Under the pieces are notes generated by a model. It searched no databases and had not been told where the DNA came from. It worked only from the letters and a program-made list of their open reading frames with translations. From positions 1-64,000 of the forward strand of contig OZ244960.1 in NCBI GenBank assembly GCA_965222605.1: 64,000 nt of DNA, in the 5' to 3' direction. This DNA is from Candidatus Latescibacterota bacterium (lineage in GTDB: Bacteria; Latescibacterota; UBA2968). Shown in pieces: positions 9,353-19,400 of the stretch. The first letter of the stretch is position 1, and each line of letters begins with the position of its first letter. A program made the position numbers and the translations under genes.

Positions 9353-10120
9353 TTAGACGCCCGTGGTCAAGAGACCGCCATCCACCGGCAGAGAGGCGCC
9401 AGTAATATTGCCGGCCGCTGGCGAGCAAAAGAAGGCGACGGCGCGTCCGATGTCCTCAGGGGTGCCGCGGCGCTGCAGAGGAATATTGGCTTTGAGGTTG
9501 TCGGGCACGCTGCCCACAGATGGAGCTGGGGCACCCAAAACGTGGCTCAGGTCCATATGGCCCGGCATCACGGCGTTGCAGCGGATATTGTGGGTGCCTA
9601 AGTCCACGGCCATGCTCTCGGTGAGACGCAGCACGCCAGCTTTGGCTACTCCATAGGCCGTATCACCAGGCCAGGTGCGATAGGCATGGACCGAAGAGGT
9701 ACTGACAATACAGCCTCCCTGGCCCTGTTCCACCATGATGCGGGCAGCCTGCTGGCTGCATAGAAAAAATCCTTTGAGACAGACGTCCAGGGTCAAATCC
9801 CAGTTTTCTTCGGTGATTTCGAGGAAGGTGGCCCCGCTTCCGGCATAGGGGTTGTTGATCAGGATATCGAGGCGATTGAAGCGGGCGATAAAGGCGGTGA
9901 ACATTGCTTCCACCTGTGCTCGGTCGGATATATCAGCCTGAAAGAAGTCGGCTTCTCGCCCCTGATCCCGGATCAGTTCCAGGGTCCTGTCGGCGTCAGC
10001 ATCTCGTTCCAGGTCGTTGATGCCCACATCACAGCCTGCCTGAGCCAGAGCAAGGGCAATGCCGCGCCCGATATTGCGGCGTCCACCAGTGACGAGGGCT
10101 TTTTTTCCATCGAGTGACAT
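9353..10120 (-). CDS. Short-chain dehydrogenase/reductase (FabG-like)
   Basis: TGGRRNIG cofactor motif, YGVAK catalytic motif, ITGASLPVDGG. Confidence 0.93.
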   Translation of the reverse strand: MSLDGKKALVTGGRRNIGRGIALALAQAGCDVGINDLERDADADRTLELIRDQGREADFFQADISDRAQVEAMFTAFIARFNRLDILINNPYAGSGATFLEITEENWDLTLDVCLKGFFLCSQQAARIMVEQGQGGCIVSTSSVHAYRTWPGDTAYGVAKAGVLRLTESMAVDLGTHNIRCNAVMPGHMDLSHVLGAPAPSVGSVPDNLKANIPLQRRGTPEDIGRAVAFFCSPAAGNITGASLPVDGGLLTTGV

Positions 10121-10348
10121 AGTGCGATCTCCCTTTTGATGTAGTTGTTATTTATGAGATAGTGCAAATTCCAATATACGCCAAAAACCGGGCGATGCGA
10201 TAGAGAAAGCCGGGCGATGGTTTGCTACATCAAATATCATCTTAAAAATTGCTTTCGGCGATGAGGTATGTTATCATTGGTTATTCCCTGATTGCCGGGG
10301 ATAAAGCGTCCTGTCCTGCTTTTCACATCTGGGAACTCGCGTTTTGTT

Positions 10349-10822
10349 ATGACAAAAGAAATTGAGCGAAAGTTTTGCGTACGAAAAATGCCAGACCTGA
10401 CGGCTTGTACTGGGGTAGAAATTTTACAGGGTTATATCTCAGTAGGTGAAAATGGCCCAGAGGTCCGCTTGCGCCGCAAAGGCGAGCGATTTTATCAGAC
10501 TGTGAAAATTGGCAAGGGTGTGCAGCGGACGGAAGTCGAGGTGGAATTGAGTCGAGCGCAATTTGATACCCTCTGGCCTTTGACTGCGGGCAGGCGGGTC
10601 GAAAAAGTGCGCTATGAGATGGTCGAAGGGACGTGGACAATTGAGCTGGATGTGTACCGCGGCCGCCTGAAGGGCCTGGTAGTGGCCGAGGTCGAGTTTG
10701 AGACCGTGGCCGAAAGTTCTCGCTTTGTCCCGCCATTCTGGTTTGGACGAGATGTGACCGATGATGACCGTTACAAAAATGCGATCCTCGCACATAAGGG
10801 TACTCCCGATGATCACGCGTAG
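10349..10822 (+). CDS. CYTH-domain protein (triphosphate tunnel metalloenzyme)
   Basis: EIERKF, QGY, VRLR, EKVRY, ELDVY, AEVEF, DDRYKN. Confidence 0.93.
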   Translation: MTKEIERKFCVRKMPDLTACTGVEILQGYISVGENGPEVRLRRKGERFYQTVKIGKGVQRTEVEVELSRAQFDTLWPLTAGRRVEKVRYEMVEGTWTIELDVYRGRLKGLVVAEVEFETVAESSRFVPPFWFGRDVTDDDRYKNAILAHKGTPDDHA

Positions 10823-12329
10823 TGAAACTTATGTTTTAAGTGAACCACATGGACGGGATGTGGTCGAACAACTCGCACCCGAGTGTCTGCTGCCTGTATC
10901 TGAGGTTGAAGAGTCGCTGCGGTATTTCGACACGTTTGACTGGCGGTTGTATCGAAAGGGATGGGCGCTGATACAAGTGGGAAATGCGGTGTATTTGCAA
11001 CAAATCTCAGATGGCGGATACCCTTTGGTGCGCGATCAGATCGAGATGAAACAACATCTGGACTTCTGGTGGATGTTTCCAGAGGGCGAGTTGCGCGACA
11101 CATTGCGAGATGCACTCTCGGTTCGCGCACTGTTGCTTCGGGCGCAGGTGACGCAGAAGGTTTGCGAATTTGGCGTTTTGAATGCAGATGAAAAGACGGT
11201 TGCTCGGTTGTTTCTCACGCATACCAGCACAGAAAACAGACACGTTGAGACTTTGACATTACGAAGCGTGCGGGGATATGAACGCGATTTTGAGAATTTG
11301 CGCCGTCATTTTATTAAATTGGATATTGTACACCCGGCAAAAGATGTGTTTGAGCGCGTGATGAATCTCGCAGGGTGCGTGCCGGGCGATTATTCTTCAA
11401 AGCTCAATCTCGGCCTGAATCACGAGGCGAGTGGGCGCGAGGCAACATGTGAGATTTTGAAATGCCTGCACGATGTGATACGCCAAAATGAAGTGGGCAT
11501 TCGCGCGGATTGGGATACGGAATTTTTGCACGATTTTCGGGTTGCGATTCGGCGCACGCGATCGGCACTGAGTCAAATCAAAGGCGTTTTGCCCGAAGAT
11601 GCGGTGGCACATTTTAAGGATAAGTTTCGGAAATTGGGCAGATCGACCAATCGGTTGCGCGATCTGGATGTGTATTTGCTCGAGGAGGAGACGTATCGCG
11701 CGATGTTGCCCCAGTCGCTACAACCCGGGCTGGATGCCGTGTTTTCGCGCTTAAAAAACGAGCGCCAGCGTGCTCTTAGCGACATGGTGCAGGTTCTCGA
11801 TGCCCCCGCATATCGAGATCTGATGAATTCCTGGGCGGCTTTTTTGCCGAGCGAACAGTCTCGGGTGGGGACAGACCCCGCTGTGCCAGCCATAGCCCTT
11901 GCGCGAAAAATTATTTTTAAACGCTTTAAGCAAGTGCTCAAAAGGGGTCGGGCGATTGGAGATGATACACCTGACGAGGCATTGCACAATTTGCGAATTG
12001 ACTGCAAAAAATTGCGGTATTTATTGGAATTTTTTACCTCGTTTTTTCCCAAAGATAAGATAGATAAACTCATCGGGTATATGAAGAAATCGCAGGATAA
12101 CCTGGGAGATTTTAACGATTTATCGGTGCAACAACAAGAATTGATGACCTATTTAAACGAGGTGTTGCCCCGCAGCCCGGACCGCCTGCTTTGTGCTGCG
12201 GCTATTGGCGGGCTTATCGCGCGTTTGCACAGCCAGCAACAAGGTGTTCGGCGCGAATTTGCCAGTGCTTTTGCCGTTTATGCGGGAAAGAAAAATGTTC
12301 GGTTGTACCGCGATTTGTTTGAAAAATGA
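10809..12329 (+). CDS. CHAD-domain protein with an N-terminal degenerate CYTH-like region
   Basis: YFDTFDWRL N-terminal motif; CHAD motifs EFLHDFRVAIRRTRS, RDLDV, LHNLRIDCKKLRY, QDNLGDFND. Confidence 0.92.
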   Translation: MITRSETYVLSEPHGRDVVEQLAPECLLPVSEVEESLRYFDTFDWRLYRKGWALIQVGNAVYLQQISDGGYPLVRDQIEMKQHLDFWWMFPEGELRDTLRDALSVRALLLRAQVTQKVCEFGVLNADEKTVARLFLTHTSTENRHVETLTLRSVRGYERDFENLRRHFIKLDIVHPAKDVFERVMNLAGCVPGDYSSKLNLGLNHEASGREATCEILKCLHDVIRQNEVGIRADWDTEFLHDFRVAIRRTRSALSQIKGVLPEDAVAHFKDKFRKLGRSTNRLRDLDVYLLEEETYRAMLPQSLQPGLDAVFSRLKNERQRALSDMVQVLDAPAYRDLMNSWAAFLPSEQSRVGTDPAVPAIALARKIIFKRFKQVLKRGRAIGDDTPDEALHNLRIDCKKLRYLLEFFTSFFPKDKIDKLIGYMKKSQDNLGDFNDLSVQQQELMTYLNEVLPRSPDRLLCAAAIGGLIARLHSQQQGVRREFASAFAVYAGKKNVRLYRDLFEK

Positions 12330-12348
12330 ATCTCACTGAGGAGCGGGT

Positions 12349-13089
12349 GTGAGTATCTTTGCGTTGTATAGCATGAAAGGTGGCGTGGGGAAGACCGCCG
12401 CTGCGGTAAATCTGGCCTATGAAGCGGTTCGTTCTGGTGCATCCGCATTGCTGTGCGATTTAGATCCTCAAGGAGCTGCGGCTTTTTATTTTCGCATTCG
12501 CGCAAAGAAAAAATTTGGGCGCAAGCGCTTCTTGAAGGGCGGCAAGCACTTAGAGAATAATATTCGGGGAACGGACTTTGAAGGTCTGGACTTATTGCCT
12601 TCGGCCATGTCTTTTCGCAATATGGATTTGGGGTTGGATGAACAGGCAAAAAACAAAAGCTATTTGAAGCGTCTATTGACGCCGATGCGGAAAGATTACG
12701 ATTATATTTTTTTGGATTGCCCGCCCAACTTGACGCTCCTGGCCGAACATGTTTTCAGGGCAGCCGATTATGTGGTTGTGCCGTGTATCCCGACGACTCT
12801 GTCGATGTTGACGCACCAAAAATTGGTAGAGTTCTTTAAAAAAAATAAATTGAAGCGCGGAAAAATGGTGTCGTTTTTCTCGATGGTTGAACGGCGCAAA
12901 ACAATGCATAAGGAAACGATCGCGCAAGTGGGTGAGCGCGAGGGTAGATTCTTAAACGCGCAAATTCCGTACACAACGGATGTAGAACGGATGGGCTGGG
13001 CGAGGCAACCCGTGGCATGCTTCAGGGCGCGTTCAAAGGCAACTCAGGCATATCGGGAACTGTGGACAGAATTGCAAATGCTTAGATGA
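12349..13089 (+). CDS. ParA/MinD-family ATPase (no adjacent ParB)
   Basis: Deviant Walker A KGGVGKT, DLDPQG, LDCPP; GAGGAG RBS with GTG start. Confidence 0.92.
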   Translation: MSIFALYSMKGGVGKTAAAVNLAYEAVRSGASALLCDLDPQGAAAFYFRIRAKKKFGRKRFLKGGKHLENNIRGTDFEGLDLLPSAMSFRNMDLGLDEQAKNKSYLKRLLTPMRKDYDYIFLDCPPNLTLLAEHVFRAADYVVVPCIPTTLSMLTHQKLVEFFKKNKLKRGKMVSFFSMVERRKTMHKETIAQVGEREGRFLNAQIPYTTDVERMGWARQPVACFRARSKATQAYRELWTELQMLR

Positions 13090-13146
13090 GTGGTGTACAA
13101 CTGCAATGCCTCACCAGCAGTTCATAGACGAATACGGCCAATAACA

Positions 13147-13177
13147 AACCCCCCCGACAAGTTTTTGTCGGGGGGTT
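13147..13177. terminator. Probable bidirectional intrinsic terminator
   Basis: Hairpin CCCCCCGACAA/TTGTCGGGGGG between the convergent parA-like gene and tonB. Confidence 0.75.
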
Positions 13178-13198
13178 GGTGTTTGCGTTTGTAGATTA

Positions 13199-13882
13199 CT
13201 AATTGATTCGGAAACGTATGGGCATGACGAGATAGACTTTCACAGGTCTATCATTTTGACGGGCAGGCTTAAAACGGTATTGATGAACCGCCTGAAGGGC
13301 CGCTTTGTAAAAAATTTCTTTGCCTTTGACAGCAGCGGCTTGTTCGACGTTCCCATCTTTGCCAACCAGCACTTTTAAGTGGACAGTACCCTCAATACCC
13401 GCCTTAAGGGCGACTTTGGGATATTCTAGTGTTCCTCGCTTGATGATCACGGGTTTTTCTTCGACCAGGAAATATTCGAGTATCTCTTCTTCTGGTTCCT
13501 CTATTATAGTGGTCTCACCAGGGGGTGGAGGCACGTGGAGATCGACCTTATCAAAGTCGAGGTCGGTGGTTTCAATAGTGACGTCGTCGGGTACATCCAC
13601 GCTTTCGGTTGCAATGGGAATGGACGGACGCGGCGGTGGCGGTGCGCGGTGAATTTGACGGGTTTCCGGTATATCGACGTTCTCGATCACGATGGTGCGG
13701 CGCTCTATTTTGCGCGTGCCGGCTGTGAATGTGGGAAACATAACCCACATGCCCACATGCAAGATGAATGCAATCCCCATGCTGATGCGAAATGTGCGCT
13801 TATAAGTACGTTTGATATCGCAAGCTGGATTTTTGGTACGCGGAATTTCAGGCGTGATCCACTGGTCTGATTTTTTTTCCAT
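13199..13882 (-). CDS. tonB: Energy transducer TonB
   Basis: N-terminal TM with His (AFILH), Pro-rich linker, TonB_C motifs YPKVALKAGIEGTV and FKPARQ. Confidence 0.85.
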   Translation of the reverse strand: MEKKSDQWITPEIPRTKNPACDIKRTYKRTFRISMGIAFILHVGMWVMFPTFTAGTRKIERRTIVIENVDIPETRQIHRAPPPPRPSIPIATESVDVPDDVTIETTDLDFDKVDLHVPPPPGETTIIEEPEEEILEYFLVEEKPVIIKRGTLEYPKVALKAGIEGTVHLKVLVGKDGNVEQAAAVKGKEIFYKAALQAVHQYRFKPARQNDRPVKVYLVMPIRFRIN

Positions 13883-13964
13883 AGCTTTTCTCGGCAGAAA
13901 GAAATGTGGGTCTATGTGATTAAGCTATTGGCTTGTTTTGCTGACCACTTATACCTATCTATAA

Positions 13965-13993
13965 ATTTTAACACCACCGTAATGGAAAGGCAA
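13965..13993 (-). promoter_or_regulatory. Putative sigma70 promoter for tonB
   Basis: TTGCCT-17bp-TAAAAT with an extended -10 TG on the minus strand. Confidence 0.4.
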
Positions 13994-14101
13994 GGTATTT
14001 TTGCAATACCCTGTTCGACAAACTACTTGTTTATTCATGGTTCATATCAATATATTGAAGTCCGTTAATATAAGATTTCCCTTCTGCTTGTGGTACAGAA
14101 A

Positions 14102-15634
14102 ATGGAAAATCGCTTCTCTTATATGGTATTCGTATGTGCTGTGGGCATTCTGATCGGATGTTATAACCCCACACGCGATCTGAGTATAGACCCATACAAT
14201 ACACCGCTTATCCACATTCTCGATGCCGATTATGACACTACTACGGGAATGGTTGTTGTTCAATGGGAGTATATGGGGCAGAAGCGCGTTGAGAATTTTG
14301 TTCTCGAGCGCCGAGATAATATCTCCGTTTTTAGAGATGTCAAGCGTTCCTCTGGTGCCGATGCCAATGGTAAATACGCGACTGTGGGGATATTTCGAGA
14401 CGATGCGTTGATTGCTGGCGAGCGCCTGCAATACCGCGTGGTTGCCGAACACAGCGAGGGTGGTTTGGTGATTACTTCTGCTGTCGAAGTCCCCATCCCC
14501 GGTGCTGGTTTGCGCGAAGTTCGGCGCGATCCCATTGCCCTTGCCGTGCAACTCGTCTGGCAAGTGGAAGCAGGAGAGATAGTGAATTATGAAGTTGTGC
14601 GTGCACCAGATGGTGGCAATTACGAGACGATATTCGTTACGAAAGACCCACATCAGACATCTTTTTGGGATCGGTCAGTTGCTGATAATCACCCCTATAC
14701 TTATGCCATAAGGTCTCGCCTATCAACGGGAGTGCAACTCACAAGTCGCGGTGTGCGCGTGCAATTTTATAGCGAAGCGGGGCGACACATCGTTGAACCC
14801 CTACGCGGAACCACTGAGAGGATGAGACTTTCGGCTGCGGATCCCGCTGGCGAAGCCGATATGCTGGCACTAATTGTTCGCCCTGACCAGACTTTTCTTT
14901 CTCGGCTTCGGCATACCCTGAATGTCGATATTCCCGATAGGCCGCATATATTGCGCCACCTTGTCGGAACTTCTTTCCCGCAATTGAACGACCTCGTGTC
15001 GCAATCGGTGGATCTGGCCGGGCCTCCGCTGACAGGACTTCGGGGTGTTTCTCCACGCACTTATATCGGGGGGATCGATTCGGTAGGGCGCGTTGTAGTT
15101 GTGGGTATTGAACTGGTTAATAACACCACGGTGTGGCATATCCCCGACAATTGGGTGAGCGCATCTTCGCATGTGCGATTGGCTCAGGACGATCAAAAGC
15201 GGGTTTACGTTGCAACAGACGGGCAATTGCGCGTCTATTCTGCCGAGGGTTCTCCTGTGGGCACTTTCGATCTCGAATATAGAGATCCCGTAGATATCGC
15301 AGTTCATAACGGTGTTATCTGGGCCGCATGGGCAAATCGGGTTCAACGAGGGATTTTGCGCTTCTCGGGTGAGGTGCTCAGTGATATCATGTGGGAGAAT
15401 ATGCCGCTGGCACCTCAGATCGAACCGCGTGCTTTAACACTCAATGCCGCAGGTCAGATTTTTGTACTGGATCGCACACAGGTGAGCGTCCTTCAGGCAG
15501 ATGGAACAGCCCTGCTATCCTGGCCTCTGCCTTCAGGTACATTTGCGGCAGGTGATCTGACCATCGGCGGATCGGCTCTAAATCTCGTCCATCTTTCAGA
15601 TGAAAATGGGGGGGTCATAACGTATGTACCGTAG
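14102..15634 (+). CDS. Putative lipoprotein with Fn3-like domains and a C-terminal NHL/beta-propeller-like region
   Basis: Lipobox-like ILIG-C; Fn3-like W...Y.V.R...F.D.....YTYAIR; propeller-like PVDIAV and PRALTLN repeats. Confidence 0.55.
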   Translation: MENRFSYMVFVCAVGILIGCYNPTRDLSIDPYNTPLIHILDADYDTTTGMVVVQWEYMGQKRVENFVLERRDNISVFRDVKRSSGADANGKYATVGIFRDDALIAGERLQYRVVAEHSEGGLVITSAVEVPIPGAGLREVRRDPIALAVQLVWQVEAGEIVNYEVVRAPDGGNYETIFVTKDPHQTSFWDRSVADNHPYTYAIRSRLSTGVQLTSRGVRVQFYSEAGRHIVEPLRGTTERMRLSAADPAGEADMLALIVRPDQTFLSRLRHTLNVDIPDRPHILRHLVGTSFPQLNDLVSQSVDLAGPPLTGLRGVSPRTYIGGIDSVGRVVVVGIELVNNTTVWHIPDNWVSASSHVRLAQDDQKRVYVATDGQLRVYSAEGSPVGTFDLEYRDPVDIAVHNGVIWAAWANRVQRGILRFSGEVLSDIMWENMPLAPQIEPRALTLNAAGQIFVLDRTQVSVLQADGTALLSWPLPSGTFAAGDLTIGGSALNLVHLSDENGGVITYVP

Positions 15635-16400
15635 TCTTTTTGTCTGGGTGTTGTTTTGTCTGGCGGTGGGATCGGCATGGGCGGATGACCGGAATATTGT
15701 CGAAAAAGCGCAGGCTGCCTATCGCGCAGGGGATTATGCCAGCGCATTTGAGGCGCTTTCCCATCTTCCGAATTTGTTGGGTGTGGTGCCCCTGCTCGAT
15801 AGGCCGCAACAGAATCGGAGAGCCGAAATTTTTTTTGATCTGGGACGCATTCACATGGCATCTGGTGACACGTCTCGTGCGCGTCTGGCACTTGTAGAGG
15901 CATTACACCTGAATCCAGAGGTCAACAAGGGGATTATGAATATCGGCACTGATCAAGCACTTACAGATACACGGGCTTTGCTTTTAGGCATGCATCACAA
16001 AACACTGCGACAAACCCTCGGGAAAACTACGTTTTTGGGGGCTGCGGGTCGCTCGCTTCTGTTGCCGGGTTGGGGGCAGTTGTATCGCGGGCATAAAAAA
16101 CGGGGGTATGGCTTTATGGGGGTTTATGCAGTGCTCGCAGCGGCCTGGTTTGTAACCGATATATCCTATCGCAGTGCATATAATACCTATCGCGGTACGC
16201 GTCTGAGTGATTTGCGGCTGGATCAACGCATAGCAGGCACGGATTCCGATGTATTTACCCAAAATTTTGAACGCGCACAATCTCGCGCTGGACGGGCCAA
16301 TCTCGTGCTGGGCCTGCTTGCTGCAGTCTGGATATCAAATGTACTGGATCATCTGGTGATCGGACCAGCACAGGTTTCTCTGTCAGTGCCCATCAAGTGA
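15624..16400 (+). CDS. Exported TPR protein with a C-terminal DUF5683-like membrane domain
   Basis: Signal peptide (AWA-D), TPR-like helices, SLLLPGWGQLYRG motif, terminal beta-strand. Confidence 0.6.
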   Translation: MYRSLFVWVLFCLAVGSAWADDRNIVEKAQAAYRAGDYASAFEALSHLPNLLGVVPLLDRPQQNRRAEIFFDLGRIHMASGDTSRARLALVEALHLNPEVNKGIMNIGTDQALTDTRALLLGMHHKTLRQTLGKTTFLGAAGRSLLLPGWGQLYRGHKKRGYGFMGVYAVLAAAWFVTDISYRSAYNTYRGTRLSDLRLDQRIAGTDSDVFTQNFERAQSRAGRANLVLGLLAAVWISNVLDHLVIGPAQVSLSVPIK

Positions 16401-16412
16401 GGGAGGTCGGGT

Positions 16413-19400
16413 TTGAGGATATTGTTGAGGCGAAAAATATTCTATTTGGCATGTTTTTATGTACTGGGCGTGTTGCTATTACCCGTCCGTGTTTTTTCCC
16501 AGCCGCCAGCCACCTTCCGATTGGCAATCGCGCCCTTTTATTCTCCCTACAATGGCGATTACGGCGTCTATATCGCCGATCGCATCGCCTATGAACTCCA
16601 TCGCCGCGCTTATGTTCCCGCTCTGGGCAGGGCGCGTTTTGTTTTGATAGAAACCGATGTGCCAACAAAGGAGATAGACCAAGCGGACAGGCAGCTTTCT
16701 CCCACGCTACGCGAGTCCCTTAGTAAAAGGGTTCCCGCTACCTATCTTTTGACGGGTTCAGTTGCATTTACGGGTATTTATTTGATCAAACTTAAACTCA
16801 TCAATCTTCAGACAGGTGTGATTGTCTGGACGGGCGAGATACGGGACAATCCGGCGTGGGTGTGGACGCGGGCGAATCGGTCAGTGGGGGAAATTCCCGC
16901 TGCCGAAGCGCGGTCGTCACTTGGATTTGCCGAAATGGAAACACCTGTGCCTGCGCCAGAGGCCGAGCGTCTGCCGCACCATATTCTCATGCAACCGCTC
17001 CACACCACGGATTATCTGCCCCTCGCTACCGATTGTGAAATGCATCTTAAAAATGCGATTCAGCGCGATGGTCTGTTTTCTCTCGTGCCAGGAGCATTAA
17101 AAGGGACACAGGGACGCGAGCGATTTTTTCGCATCAGTCCTGATTTGCGACGGCAAGCATCGGAAACAACGCTCGCGGAGGCCATTCTGACGGGTAGCTT
17201 GCTCGTGCTGGGCAAAGACGGCGCGACAGACAATATCGGCCTGGTATTGCGTTTGATTGAAGTGGAGACCGGGAAAATTCTCTGGATGGGGGCTTCAACT
17301 GGGCGAAGGGTATGGCGATGGGATAAGATGGCGGATATTGTATCTGCGACCATGAGCCGGCTCGGCGAAGACCTCTCGCAGTACGGGGCGGGGGCAGCAG
17401 AAATGCAGATTGCAGTATTGCGCGACCAGGCGAAAGACGGACAATCGTGGAGTATGCTCGGTCATGCCTATCTCGAGCGGGGATTGCTCAAGCAGGCAGA
17501 CGAAGCATTTGAAAAAGCTATGACTTTTTCCGATGCTCCGGCACAGGCACGCGCGGGAAAAGGGCTGGTGCTGCTGAGGCGGGGGGGGTATTTCGATGAC
17601 GGGGTGCAAGCGCTCAGATCTGCAATCCGATCTGATCCAGATTATCTGGATGCGTACAGCTTTTTGGCGCAGGCCCTTCTCGATCAGGGAATGGTTGATG
17701 GGGTGAAAATTGCCGAAAAAGCTATTCGGCGCGATTCGACATATCTCCCGCCATACCGCGTGCTGGGCGATTGGTATGCCGACAGTGAAGACCATCAAAG
17801 AGCACGGGCGTTTTACCAGGCGTATTTGACGCGCAATCCCGACGCCGAAGTCGCTGTGCGGTTGGGTCGAAGTCTGTTGCAGTTGAAAAATTATCGGGAT
17901 ATTGACCGCTTTGTCGCACCCATCGCACGCGAAAAACCCGAGGCCTCTCATTTGTTACCCATTATGGCAATCAAAGCACTGCGGGTGAAACGCTATGAGG
18001 AATCAACGCAATTATTCGAGAGATTTCTCGCGCAAATTGACGCGCGCGAACGCCAGCTTTACGACGATATTCGGGTGCTGTTGTCAGAAGAGGAAATAGG
18101 GGCTTACCACGCGCTTAACGATGAGGAAAAGAAAAAGTATGTGGCGCGTTTTTGGCGTGCAAAAAATCCGAATTTGTCCAGCGCATACAACGAACGGCAG
18201 CTGGTACACTACGAACGGGTCTGGATAGCGCGCTGGGCATTTGGACGAGAAAACTATCTCTGGGACCGGCGCGGGGAAGTCTATATCCGATACGGCGAGC
18301 CCGATTACCGCGCCCGCTCGGGATGGGTTTCTTCACTGCCTTCAACGCGCGTTCAGGAAGTGAAGGAAAAGGTGTACCGAGATTTATATCGGGATCCCAA
18401 TGAAAGTGAATTGATTGGCCCGGTTTTTCCCATTCGAAGCGATCGCAGGTTTGCTGTTGAGCGCGAAAGCGAAGTGCTCGATATTCCAGATCAGAGTACC
18501 TTTGGCCCGGTTGAAGGACGTCGTACAGAAACCTCTCGCAGCGATCCTTCTCAGGAAGCTTACGCGCCTGTTACCATCCAACACGACCGCAGTATCGTAC
18601 CCTGGGAGTCGTGGGTCTATACCGAGGTGGATGGCGGCATGGTCATTGATTTTACTCGCGAACTGGGTGGTGTCTCCGGGTTTGATTTCGCCCCCATTCC
18701 GCCTATTCCCCCCACTATGCTTAGAGATAATATTCGCCTTGCTGAACACGCTCCGGCAATTCGCTATAAAAACGCTACAGTGAGCCAGACCGACGATTTT
18801 CGCAAAGCACCCCGCTTGCCATTGGGTACTTTTTACTTTGATCTGGCGGACTTTCGAGGCAGTGCAGGCAAAACCCGCGTTGATATTATTTATGGCATAC
18901 CGCTTGCAAATTTGCTCGCCGTAACAGACGGACAACAGCCCCAGGTGGTGCTCGAGCACGCGGTCGCGCTGGCAGATTCAGCATACCGCGTGGTATATCG
19001 ATACGCACAAAAAGTGCAACATTTTGTGGATACCTCAAATGTCGCCACTCGGGAAGTCGTGGATATCACGCGCCAGGACGTGCCCGCAGGCATGTATCAT
19101 CTCACACTGACTGTTACCGATGCTATGACCGCACGACAAGGGGTGCTCGCGCTCGATGTGGCGATTGATGACTATAGCGAAAAACGGCTTCATATCAGCG
19201 ATCTCATGCTCGTTAAAAGCCTGTCGGATACGCTACGCAATATGCGATTTCGGCGGGGAAATTGGCAGGTCGTTCCCAATCCTCGAAGGACTGTCCGTGC
19301 GCCCAATCACCTCGCGTTTTATTGCGAAGTGTACAATTTGTCAAAAGACGAGTTTGGGCAAACCCGTTATCGCGTGACAACCGCAGTCAAGGCAACAGAA

